Source: Loktanella sp. | GTDB taxonomy: Bacteria; Pseudomonadota; Alphaproteobacteria; Rhodobacterales; Rhodobacteraceae | Reading direction: 5' to 3' | Assembly (NCBI GenBank): GCA_003551805.1 | Contig: PUNR01000103.1 | Coordinates: 1-44,807, forward strand | Length of the DNA stretch: 44,807 bases | Part shown: piece after piece, positions 10,398 through 19,171 of the stretch | Position numbering within the stretch: position 1 is the first letter of the stretch | How the letters are laid out: each line of letters begins with the position of its first letter | Translations under genes and position numbers: made by a program | Notes under the pieces: model-generated | Databases searched by the model: none | What the model was told of the DNA's origin: nothing | Seen by the model: only the letters and a program-made list of their open reading frames with translations

Positions 10398-11854
10398 TGT
10401 TTGACCGGCTTCGCCCGCGCCAGCGCACCCTTGCTTTCTTCGCTTTGCTCGCACTTGCCTGCATCGGCGGTGTGGCCGGTGCCATGGTGCTGGCCGATAG
10501 CCGGCTTGACCATGCAGACCCAAGATCAGCCCTGATCAGCGCGGGGCTGATGGCCTGTTTTGGTATTCTGGGTATCTGTGCGGTGATGTGGTTCATTTTT
10601 GACGACATGGTCGTGCGTCCGATGGAACGGCTTGCTGCCGCGATGCAGGCCCATGCCGCCACCGACATGCGGCGCGGCATCGATATTGAAATGGCCCGTC
10701 ATCTGGGTGATCTGGCAAAAGGGGCGGCCGCCCTGACGGCCCGCCTTTCTGCCGCCCGCGAAGAGGCGGACGACCATCTGACGCGTTACACCAGCAAGCT
10801 TGCGGCAGAGCGGGAATATCTGACGCGTATCCTGTCCGCGATCCCTGCTGCTGTGCTGATGGTCAGTCCGGATCACCGCGTTGCGCTATATGACGGGCAT
10901 GCGGCGATGATGCTGGATGACCAGCACCATCTGGGGCTGGGACAAAAGGTGTTTGATTACTTCGATGAAACCTATTTGCGCGCCGCTTTGTCGAACCTGC
11001 ACGCCAGCGGCCATGGCACGCTGGACCAGCAGGTGGCCACCGCTGATGGTGCGCGCCTGCTGGATGTGACCTTGCACTATCTGGGGGCGGAACAAGGCTA
11101 TATGCTCAGCTTTCCTGTTCCGCGCGAAACCAGCCCAGCCCGCCCTGTCGTCTTTGATTTCGAGATGACCAGCCGCACAGCAACAGGTGACATTGCCGAA
11201 ATGCCGCTGCGCGAACTGACCTATGTCGTGTTCGATACCGAAACCACAGGATTTTTGCCCAACAAAGATGAAGTCGTCCAGATCGGGGCGTTGCGTGTCG
11301 TGAATGGCCAGCAAGCGCCGGGCGAGGTGCTTGATATTCTGGTCAACCCCGGTCGTCCGATCCCTGCCCGTTCAACTGCGGTGCACCGGATCACCGACCA
11401 GATGGTCAAAGATGCCCCCGCCATGCCGGAAGCCGGACGCAAGTTTCACAGCTTTGCCCGTGACGCGGTGCTGGTTGCGCATAACGCGCCTTTCGATCTG
11501 GCGTTCTTTCACCGCTATTCCGCGCAGATCGGTGCAAAGTTCGACCATCCGGTGCTGGACACCGTGTTGATTTCTGCCGTGCTGTTTGGTGTGACCGAAG
11601 GCCATACGCTGGATGAACTGGCGGCCCGTCTGGATGTCAAGATACTGGACGAACACCGCCACACAGCGCTTGGTGATGCGATTGCGACGCGTGATGTGTT
11701 CCTGCGCATGGTGCCGATGCTGGAGGCGCGGGGCCTGACTACCTTTGGCGCGTTGCTGAACGAAATCCGCAAACACAAACGTCTGCTGCCGGATATGAAC
11801 GAGACGCCGAAACCTGCCGCGGGTGCGGTGAAGGTGCGGCCGGTGTCGGGGTAA
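10397..11854 (+). CDS. Membrane-anchored HAMP/PAS-fused DEDDh 3'-5' exonuclease (Pol III epsilon-like domain)
   Basis: Two TM helices, a HAMP-like segment (VVRPMERLAAAM) and a PAS-like segment (ILSAIPAAVLMVSPDHRV), then FDTETTG, AHNAPFD and HTALGDA. Confidence 0.85.
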   Translation: MFDRLRPRQRTLAFFALLALACIGGVAGAMVLADSRLDHADPRSALISAGLMACFGILGICAVMWFIFDDMVVRPMERLAAAMQAHAATDMRRGIDIEMARHLGDLAKGAAALTARLSAAREEADDHLTRYTSKLAAEREYLTRILSAIPAAVLMVSPDHRVALYDGHAAMMLDDQHHLGLGQKVFDYFDETYLRAALSNLHASGHGTLDQQVATADGARLLDVTLHYLGAEQGYMLSFPVPRETSPARPVVFDFEMTSRTATGDIAEMPLRELTYVVFDTETTGFLPNKDEVVQIGALRVVNGQQAPGEVLDILVNPGRPIPARSTAVHRITDQMVKDAPAMPEAGRKFHSFARDAVLVAHNAPFDLAFFHRYSAQIGAKFDHPVLDTVLISAVLFGVTEGHTLDELAARLDVKILDEHRHTALGDAIATRDVFLRMVPMLEARGLTTFGALLNEIRKHKRLLPDMNETPKPAAGAVKVRPVSG

Positions 11855-11866
11855 ACCCCGACCTAC
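11845..11866 (-). repeat. GTAG-type REP-like palindrome
   Basis: The minus strand reads GTAG-GTCGGGG-TTTA-CCCCGAC; near-identical copies lie at 39675-39696 and 39712-39733. Confidence 0.75.
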
Positions 11867-13401
11867 CTTTCGGTCAGTTTCAATTCGATCCGGCGGTTCT
11901 GTGCCCGCGCCTCGGGCGTGTTGTCGGGGTTCAGCGGCTGGTATTCGCCAAAGCCGTTGGCGGCCAGACGGCGGGGGTCGATGCCCAGATCTTGTGCCAT
12001 GAACAAAACCACCGATAAGGCGCGCGCCTGACTAAGTTCCCAATTCGTGGAAAAACGCCCGCCGGGGGACACGGGGATATCATCTGTGTGCCCGTCTACG
12101 CGGATGATCCAGTCGATTCCGTCGGGGATGTCATCTGCAATGTCGCGCAGGATACCCGCGATATTCGCGATTTCGGCACGGCCAAGCGGTGACAGATCGG
12201 CTTGGCCAACGTCGAACAGCACCTCGGATGAAAAGACGAAACGGTCGCCTTCGATCCTGATCCGGTCCTGTCCTTCCAGAACCTGCCGCAACTGGCCGAA
12301 AAAGTCGGACCGGAAGCGCGCCAGATTTTCTGTTTCTTCCTGCAGGCGAAGCGTTTCTGCCTCTAGCCGGATGCGTTCAGCCTCTTCCAGAACACGGCGC
12401 TGGCGTTCTTCGGATGCGACGCGGGCCAGTGCGGTGTTCAACTGGGCGCCCAGCGTTTCGATCTGCACCTGCGCTTCGCGGTCGGCGTCTTCGGCAATGT
12501 TCAGCAGGGTTTGCAAGGTGCCGACCTGATTGCGCAGCGCAAGGATCTGTTCGTTCAGCACCGCGACCTGCCGCTGGCTTTCGGCGGATAACGCTTCTTG
12601 TTCGGACAAGGTGGCATTGGCGATGGCAAGCAGGTTGGCTTGTCTTTCGGCCTCTGTCATCGCCTCGGCGCGTTCGGTGTCCAGCGCGTCCTGTGCGGCG
12701 CGGGCGGCGGCCAGCATGGTCAGCGTTTCCTCGGCCTCGCGCCGTTGGCGTTCAAGGTTCAGGGTCATCGCGGTCAGTTCGGCATCGGCGTTTTCCAGCC
12801 TTTCGCGCAAGGCGGCAGCGGCGGCAGCATCTGTCAGGCGTTCTGCTTCCAGTGCACTGATCTGGGCGGCGTCTTCGTCGCGTGCGGTTTCAAGATCAGC
12901 GACAAGGGCTTCCAGCGCCTCGCGGCGTGCGGCGGCAAGGCGTGCGGCCTCTGCGCCGGCGTCAATTTCGTCACGCGCTTGAGCAAGTGCGAGGTTCAGC
13001 GCGTCCTGCTGCGATATAAGCTGGTCCTGCGCATCTTGCAGCCCTGCAATCGTTTGCTGTGCTGCGCGCTGGTCCGCTAAAAGACCGGCGACCTGCGCTT
13101 CGAACCCTGAAATCTGGCTTTGCGCTTCGTCCAGCGCCAGATCTTGCGCCGCGCGTTCGGCGATCAGCGCTGCGGTCCGGTCGCGTTCAAGGCCCAAGGT
13201 CGCGGCAAGGGCGGCCATTTCATTGGACAGGCTGTCGAGTTCACTTTCCTGCCCGGTAATCGTTTCTCGCAAGGCAAACTGGATCACCATGAAGATGCTA
13301 AGCACGAACATCAGCACCAGCAAGATGCCCGTCATCGCATCGACGAAACCCGGCCAGATGGCGTTCTGGAACCGGTTGGATGATCTGCGGCTAAGCGCCA
13401 T
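11863..13401 (-). CDS. Non-flagellar MotB/OmpA-like peptidoglycan-binding protein with long coiled coil
   Basis: N-terminal TM with Asp (WPGFVDAMT), ~300 aa of Ala/Glu/Gln/Leu-rich heptads, and a C-terminal OmpA-like domain (VDGHTD, NWELSQARA, NRRIE). Confidence 0.85.
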   Translation of the reverse strand: MALSRRSSNRFQNAIWPGFVDAMTGILLVLMFVLSIFMVIQFALRETITGQESELDSLSNEMAALAATLGLERDRTAALIAERAAQDLALDEAQSQISGFEAQVAGLLADQRAAQQTIAGLQDAQDQLISQQDALNLALAQARDEIDAGAEAARLAAARREALEALVADLETARDEDAAQISALEAERLTDAAAAAALRERLENADAELTAMTLNLERQRREAEETLTMLAAARAAQDALDTERAEAMTEAERQANLLAIANATLSEQEALSAESQRQVAVLNEQILALRNQVGTLQTLLNIAEDADREAQVQIETLGAQLNTALARVASEERQRRVLEEAERIRLEAETLRLQEETENLARFRSDFFGQLRQVLEGQDRIRIEGDRFVFSSEVLFDVGQADLSPLGRAEIANIAGILRDIADDIPDGIDWIIRVDGHTDDIPVSPGGRFSTNWELSQARALSVVLFMAQDLGIDPRRLAANGFGEYQPLNPDNTPEARAQNRRIELKLTER

Positions 13402-13404
13402 GGA

Positions 13405-14553
13405 TCAACCCCGACCCTTGATTGCTGTGGCCAAGGTCGCCAGATCGTCGCGCAGCGCGCTGATGCTTTCCTGACGTCCGGCAGAGATTTCTTCAAGCAA
13501 GCGCAGCAATTGCACATCAATCGACCGCAGCCGCATCCGGCTTTCGGCGTCGATGCCGCCCATGCCGCTGTCATCCAGCTTTTTGATTAACTGGTCCTGC
13601 CCGTTGGCCACGCGTTCCAGCATGATGGGGGTGTCGCTGGTGGTGGTGGCTTGTGCCAGCATTTCAATCGCGCTGGCCAGCGCCTGAAAACGCCGGTCGG
13701 TGGTTTCGCGGTCTGACGCGCTTTGACCCAGCATGATCTGGATCGTATCTGTCAATTCGCCCAACTGTTCGACGACGGCAGCAGCGGCTGCGCCACCGCC
13801 GCCTGTGCCTTCGTCGCCGTCAATGCCGACGCGGGTGATGGTGGACATCCATTCTTCCAACTCGCGGTAGAACCGGTTTTGCCCGTGCCCTGCGAAAAGT
13901 TCCAGAAGACCCACAACCAGCGATCCTGCAAGCCCCAGCAAAGAGCTGGAAAAGGCCGTGCCCATGCCGCCCAGCTGATCCTCTAGTCCGGCCTGAAGCC
14001 GCCCGAAGATATCGGCACCGGATTCGTTTTCGCCGGGGTTCAGGGACCTGATTGTTTCGACCAGCGCGGGAACCGTCGTGGCCAGCCCGTAAAACGTACC
14101 CAGTAGGCCAAGGAAAATCAGCACATTGCCAATGTAGCGGGTAATTTCGCGGTCTTCGTCGATACGCTGTGCGACAGAATCAAGGATCGACCGGCCAGAG
14201 CTGGACGAAATCTGCGTTCTGGCCCCGCGCGACCGTAGCAACGTCGCCAATGGTGCCAATAGTGATGGCGCGGCGGTGAAGTTGTGGCCACCGGTTTCGC
14301 GTGCGAAGCTTTCGATCCAGCGGACCGAATTCATCAGCAGGAACACCTGATTGAAACATGACAGTACGCCCAGCACGAAAACCGCCACAATGACGCCGTT
14401 CAGGTAGGGGTTTGACATAAAGATCGATCTGATCTGGTTCAGTCCCAGATACAGCCCCGCCGCGACCAGCACGATCACGGTCAACATGAACAGCAATTGC
14501 CGGATGGGTTGGGAAAACTGTGCCGTTATCTTAGCTGCCCGTTTTTCTGACAC
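13405..14553 (-). CDS. MotA/TolQ/ExbB proton-channel family protein
   Basis: TM motifs LGLLGTFYGL and GMGTAFSSSLLGL; GTG start preceded by GAGGA; 3 bp from the MotB-like gene. Confidence 0.85.
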   Translation of the reverse strand: MSEKRAAKITAQFSQPIRQLLFMLTVIVLVAAGLYLGLNQIRSIFMSNPYLNGVIVAVFVLGVLSCFNQVFLLMNSVRWIESFARETGGHNFTAAPSLLAPLATLLRSRGARTQISSSSGRSILDSVAQRIDEDREITRYIGNVLIFLGLLGTFYGLATTVPALVETIRSLNPGENESGADIFGRLQAGLEDQLGGMGTAFSSSLLGLAGSLVVGLLELFAGHGQNRFYRELEEWMSTITRVGIDGDEGTGGGGAAAAAVVEQLGELTDTIQIMLGQSASDRETTDRRFQALASAIEMLAQATTTSDTPIMLERVANGQDQLIKKLDDSGMGGIDAESRMRLRSIDVQLLRLLEEISAGRQESISALRDDLATLATAIKGRG

Positions 14554-14642
14554 GGAGGTTCATCCTCATATGGTGGTCGTTCCGTCCCCCCATAGCAGCA
14601 TATGGCGCGATAGCACTAAACCCAAATAAATTCGCGCGGCGC

Positions 14643-15173
14643 TTATGTTGCTGTCAAGGCACGAACGCGGTCGGCCAGCCAAGACAGATCGGCGTCCCTG
14701 ATGCCCATGTCTGTCAGGTGTGCGGCAGTATTGTAAAGGTATTCCGTATTCGGCCCGCGGCCGCCCACAGCCCGGGCGATCATCTGTGCCTGCCGTTCCA
14801 GATCGAACTGGCAATACTGGGCATGTGTCCGGTCCACAATATAGGCCAGAGCGTCGATTTTTTCGCCATCGTCGCAGGTCAGGGTCACGTGGTCTTCGTA
14901 GTAGGCAGATGACACTAGTTCGCGTTCGCGCAGCGTTTCCAGCACGGCGGGTTCTTCTTCGGGGGCAACCTGAAACGCGACGCCGGTGCATTGCCCGCCG
15001 GGCTGATGATCCAACGCCAGCACAAGGCCGGGGTCATCGGGCGTGCCGCGATGATGGATGGACAGCATACAGAAACTGCGGTGGTAGTCAGCCAGTCGCG
15101 CCTTGGTTGCACGCAGGGGGGTAAAGCCGGGGTTCCACAGCAGTGACCCATATCCGAAAACCCAAAGCGCCAT
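14643..15173 (-). CDS. chaC: ChaC-family gamma-glutamylcyclotransferase
   Basis: Motifs WVFGYGSLLW, HRGT...PGLVLAL, LRERE and GPNTEYL. Confidence 0.88.
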   Translation of the reverse strand: MALWVFGYGSLLWNPGFTPLRATKARLADYHRSFCMLSIHHRGTPDDPGLVLALDHQPGGQCTGVAFQVAPEEEPAVLETLRERELVSSAYYEDHVTLTCDDGEKIDALAYIVDRTHAQYCQFDLERQAQMIARAVGGRGPNTEYLYNTAAHLTDMGIRDADLSWLADRVRALTAT

Positions 15174-15233
15174 TGTCGCGATCCTTTCCTGTTGCGCCCC
15201 ATAAACACTTTTTGGGAGGCAACGAAAAGGGGC

Positions 15234-15767
15234 TCAGACCGCGCGCATCAAGTCGCCAAAGATCACATCCTGATAATCTTGCATATAGATGCGCAGCCAC
15301 GGCGTGTATTGGTCGGGGTGGCGGGTGACATCGGCGGACAGGTCGTAGAAATCGACCCAGCGGGTTGCCATCACCTCTGCGGGGTTTGGGGTGATCTTCA
15401 GGTCGCTCGGGGCGTCGGCGACGTAAACCTCGACCAGTTCGTGTTCGATCAGGCCGTTGCCCACGTCTGCGCGGTATTCGATCTGGTCGCGGTGCGCAGG
15501 ATAAAGACCCGTGATCCCCAATTCTTCGTCCAATCGGCGCAGCGCGCAGGTGGCGGGGTCTTCGTCCCATTCGGGATGCGTGCAGCAGGTGTTCGCCCAA
15601 AGTCCGGGCGTGTGGTATTTGCCCAACGCACGTTGCTGGATCAGCACGCGCCCGCGATTCATCACAAAGACGCTGACCGCCTTGTGTTTCAGCCCGCGCT
15701 GATGCGCCTCTAGCTTTTCTACCGGTTGCAGTTTGCCGTTGACCCAGGCCGGGATCATGATCGTCAC
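15234..15767 (-). CDS. idi: Isopentenyl-diphosphate delta-isomerase (type 1)
   Basis: Motifs KLEAH..GLKHKAVS, WANTCCTHP, RRLDEELG and EHE; GTGA overlap with bchP. Confidence 0.92.
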   Translation of the reverse strand: MTIMIPAWVNGKLQPVEKLEAHQRGLKHKAVSVFVMNRGRVLIQQRALGKYHTPGLWANTCCTHPEWDEDPATCALRRLDEELGITGLYPAHRDQIEYRADVGNGLIEHELVEVYVADAPSDLKITPNPAEVMATRWVDFYDLSADVTRHPDQYTPWLRIYMQDYQDVIFGDLMRAV

Positions 15768-16945
15768 GTCCGCAGCGGCGATACCAGCCGCGTCAGATGC
15801 GCAAGGTTCTTGATGCCGATTTTCAAATGGGCCATGGGGCGCGCTTTCACAAGTTTCTTGTTCATATAAGCCTCGAACGTCAGCTTTTGCACGTCGACAT
15901 CATGACACAGGGACACAAAGCGTTCGCGCCGTTCGTCGCTGCGGTAATAGGCGTTCTGCATTGCACCAAGAACGCGGAAAACCTGTTTATGTTCCCGCAT
16001 GAACAATTTCCGAGCGATTTGCAGGTCTTTCACCCTGCCCGTCGCAAGACAAGCCGCCGCGGCGGTTGCCGCAACACGCCCGCCAACCATCGCGTAATAG
16101 ATGCCTTCGCCAGAGGACGGGGCGACAACGCCCGCAGCGTCACCGGCAAGCACCACATCCTTACCGTTGTCCCAGCAATCCAACGGTTTCAATGGGATCG
16201 GCGCACCTTCGCGGCGGATCGTTTTGCAATCTGTTAGTCCGGATGCCGCACGCAAATCGGCCGTGGCCTGTTTGACATCGACCGATTTGATCATCGACCC
16301 CATGCCAACGCTGGCCTGTGCCCCATGCGGAAACACCCAACCATAGAAATCAGGCGAAATGCGACCGTCATAGATCACATCACAGCGCAGCGGGTCATAG
16401 CTGGCATTGGCGGCGGGGGCCTCGATGATTTCATGGTAGGCGATGACATAGGGTATCTTGTCGCCGTCCTTGATTTCAGCCCGCGCCACATTGGACCGGG
16501 CACCATCGGCGCCAATGACAAGTTTGGCAGTCAGGGTCATGTCATTGCCGCTGATCTTGTCGCGGTAATGAACATGGGTGCCGTCAGTGTCGCGGCTGAT
16601 CTTGGTAAAGGTGCCGGAATAGCGATGTGCGCCTGCATCTGTCGCACGCTGGCGCAGGAAAGCGTCGAAATGTTCGCGGTCCACCATGCCGACATAGCCG
16701 TTTTCAATCGGAATATCGACCTGCCGCCCAGTGGGCGAGATCATCCGCGCAGTATTTACCTTGGCCACGATCTGGTCGTCGGGGATAAAGAAATCCGCGA
16801 TCAGACGGGGCGGGATGGCACCGCCGCAAGGTTTGATCCGGCCTTCACGGTCGATGAAAGCGACCTTGTGGCCTGAACGGGCAAGATCTTCGGCAGCAGT
16901 GGCCCCGGAAGGCCCCGCACCTACGACGACGACATCATATTGCAT
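15764..16945 (-). CDS. bchP: Geranylgeranyl reductase
   Basis: Motifs VVGAGPSG, KPCGGAIP, YGWVFP and GDAAG...SGEGIYYA; operon context. Confidence 0.95.
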   Translation of the reverse strand: MQYDVVVVGAGPSGATAAEDLARSGHKVAFIDREGRIKPCGGAIPPRLIADFFIPDDQIVAKVNTARMISPTGRQVDIPIENGYVGMVDREHFDAFLRQRATDAGAHRYSGTFTKISRDTDGTHVHYRDKISGNDMTLTAKLVIGADGARSNVARAEIKDGDKIPYVIAYHEIIEAPAANASYDPLRCDVIYDGRISPDFYGWVFPHGAQASVGMGSMIKSVDVKQATADLRAASGLTDCKTIRREGAPIPLKPLDCWDNGKDVVLAGDAAGVVAPSSGEGIYYAMVGGRVAATAAAACLATGRVKDLQIARKLFMREHKQVFRVLGAMQNAYYRSDERRERFVSLCHDVDVQKLTFEAYMNKKLVKARPMAHLKIGIKNLAHLTRLVSPLRT

Positions 16946-16948
16946 TGG

Positions 16949-18229
16949 CTATTCTCCCGGAACGAGGGTTGCGGACGGCATTTTGCGGTCCATGATTTTG
17001 GCGGCGACAAAGGCCGCAGCAATGAAAAGGCTGGCTTCAAACAGAAATACGGCGCCAAAGGCCTGCGCGTCGGGCAGGGTCAGCCGCAAAACATCGGCCA
17101 TGGCTGCCCCCAGCAGGCCACCAAAACCGGCGGCGATGGCTTGTGCGGCACCCCAAAGGCCCATCCGCGTGCCTTCGCGCCGCGCGCGGCCTTCACCGGC
17201 CAGCGCCATCATTGATCCAATGGCGGCGACAGCGAACATGCCGTTGAAAAAGCCCAAAGCGACGACCGCAGGCATGATCGGCGCACCCGCACCGATGGGG
17301 CCAAGCAAGGTGATGACGGCCAAAGCCCCCGCCGACCCAAGACAACCCGCCATCACCCAATTGCGCAAAGCGCCTATTTTCAGGCCTGTCGCCATGATAC
17401 CCACGGTCAGCATTCCCAGAAAGACACCGCCGTTTTGCGCGCCTGACAGCGATGTTGTCTGCCCCGGTGTCAGGCCGAACACCAACCCGGCGTAGGGTTC
17501 AAGGATCAGTTCCTGCATGAAATAGGCGGTCATGGCGAGGAAGACGAACAGCGTGAAATTGCGAGCGCGCGGTTCGGACCACACCTCTGCCAGACCCTGA
17601 CGGAACGGGGTCGGGTCGGGTTCGCGGGTGACTTTCAGCCCACGTTCGACGCCCCAGACGGCAAGCGTGGTAACAGTGATGGCGATCAGGACGACTCCGG
17701 CTACGATTTCCAGCAGGCGCAGCGGGGTATAGGGGTCGATCAATGTGCCGACGATACCTGCGGTCATGGCGATGCCGAAGATCATCATCAGCCATGTGAT
17801 TGTTGCTGCCGCCGCGCGCCTATGTGGTGCAGTGGTCGTGGCCAAAAGCGCCAGCAGCGAAGTGCCAGACGCACCCACACCCAGACCGATCAGCGCATAG
17901 GCGATGATGGAAATGGCCATGCCCCAGAGAAACGACGCCTCCAGCACGATCAGCCCGAAGGTCGCGATCAGCGCGCCTGCGCCCAGTGCGACCATGCCAC
18001 CGATGATCCAGCGTGTCCGCTGCCCACCTGCGTCGGATGCATGGCCCCATTTGGGCCGCGACATCTGTACGCCGTAATGCAGCGCGACCAGCAGACCGGG
18101 GATCACTGCGGGCAGGGATAATTCAACCACCATCAGGCGGTTCAGGGTCGACGTCATCAAAACAACAATCGCACCTAATGCCATCTGGACCAGACCGAGC
18201 CGGAAAATCTGCACCCATGTCAGCGTCAT
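16949..18229 (-). CDS. PucC/BCD-family MFS protein (bch2/ORF428 type)
   Basis: Motifs RLGLVQMALG, STLNRLMVVEL, QELILEPYAG and GTRMGLWGAAQA; start MTLTWVQ overlaps the bchG stop (ATGA). Confidence 0.9.
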   Translation of the reverse strand: MTLTWVQIFRLGLVQMALGAIVVLMTSTLNRLMVVELSLPAVIPGLLVALHYGVQMSRPKWGHASDAGGQRTRWIIGGMVALGAGALIATFGLIVLEASFLWGMAISIIAYALIGLGVGASGTSLLALLATTTAPHRRAAAATITWLMMIFGIAMTAGIVGTLIDPYTPLRLLEIVAGVVLIAITVTTLAVWGVERGLKVTREPDPTPFRQGLAEVWSEPRARNFTLFVFLAMTAYFMQELILEPYAGLVFGLTPGQTTSLSGAQNGGVFLGMLTVGIMATGLKIGALRNWVMAGCLGSAGALAVITLLGPIGAGAPIMPAVVALGFFNGMFAVAAIGSMMALAGEGRARREGTRMGLWGAAQAIAAGFGGLLGAAMADVLRLTLPDAQAFGAVFLFEASLFIAAAFVAAKIMDRKMPSATLVPGE

Positions 18230-19134
18230 GCTATACCTCGCAGCGCGAAAGCGGCGATCATCATGCCGCTGATGTAAAACAGAATGCCCATGCCCTGATA
18301 CCATTGCGCCTTGCCCAAGGGATCACGCAGCAACACCCGCATCGCGGCCAGTTGCACTGCCAGCATCGCGGTGATGCCCAGCGCGTGGAACGGATGGGAC
18401 CAGAAAAACAGCAGGCCGATCACGACGACTTGCGGCACCGCCATGACCCAACAGGCGACGCGCGCGGCCCCATCAGGGCCAAGCGTGACGGGCAAAGACC
18501 GCAGACCCATGGCGCGGTCGCCTTCGACCGCTTTGAAATCGTTCAGCGTCATGATGCCATGCGCGCCCAGCCCGTAAAGCACGGCGATGGTGATGACAGG
18601 CACAGACGGCGCACCAGCGGCCAAAATCGCAGCACCCGTGATCCAGGGCAGTGTTTCGTAGGCAAGACCACACAGCGCAGGCCCCCAGATGCCGGATTTC
18701 TTTGCGCGGAAAGGCTCTGCCGAATAGGCCCATGCGGCCATGATCGCGAGGATCGTCGCGCCGAAACCCCAAGGCCCCAGCTGATAGCCAACGCCAAGGC
18801 CAAGCCCCGTCATCGCCAGCGCGATCCACAGCCCCCAGCGCCCCGGTATGCGCCCTGACGGGATTGGCCGGTCTGGTTCGTTGATTGCATCGACATGGCG
18901 GTCGCACCAGTCATTTGCCGCCTGTGACATGCCGCAGACAATCGGGCCTGCCAGCAGTACGCCCAGCAGGATCAGGAACCAATTCCCCGCAGGGCTGACA
19001 CCTGACGCCACGATCCCGCACAAAAACGCCCACATCGGCGGGAACCATGTGACAGGTTTGATCAGGCGCAGCATGGCCCTTGGTTCGGGCCAACGGCGGG
19101 AATGGGTCGTGGATATATCGGATATCGCGGTCAT
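18226..19134 (-). CDS. bchG: Bacteriochlorophyll synthase
   Basis: UbiA-family motifs LIKPVTWFPPMWAFLCG, NDWCDRHVDAINEPDRPIPSGR and LNDFKAVEGD. Confidence 0.96.
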   Translation of the reverse strand: MTAISDISTTHSRRWPEPRAMLRLIKPVTWFPPMWAFLCGIVASGVSPAGNWFLILLGVLLAGPIVCGMSQAANDWCDRHVDAINEPDRPIPSGRIPGRWGLWIALAMTGLGLGVGYQLGPWGFGATILAIMAAWAYSAEPFRAKKSGIWGPALCGLAYETLPWITGAAILAAGAPSVPVITIAVLYGLGAHGIMTLNDFKAVEGDRAMGLRSLPVTLGPDGAARVACWVMAVPQVVVIGLLFFWSHPFHALGITAMLAVQLAAMRVLLRDPLGKAQWYQGMGILFYISGMMIAAFALRGIA

Positions 19135-19136
19135 AC

Positions 19137-19154
19137 TGTCAGTTTAGAGTGACA
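19137..19154. promoter_or_regulatory. PpsR/CrtJ binding site 1
   Basis: TGT-CAGTTTAGAGTG-ACA matches TGT-N12-ACA, immediately upstream of bchG. Confidence 0.85.
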
Positions 19155-19171
19155 TTATGCCCTGGGGCAAG

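Noticed and set aside
10397-11854. Annotation as dnaQ (Pol III epsilon)
   Set aside because: The membrane anchor, HAMP/PAS region and acetate-locus context are incompatible with the replicative proofreader.
11863-14553. Calling the MotA/B-like pair a Zorya defence system or the flagellar stator
   Set aside because: There is no zorC/D/E or defence-island context, the A-subunit tail is short, and a canonical flagellar motB is present separately.
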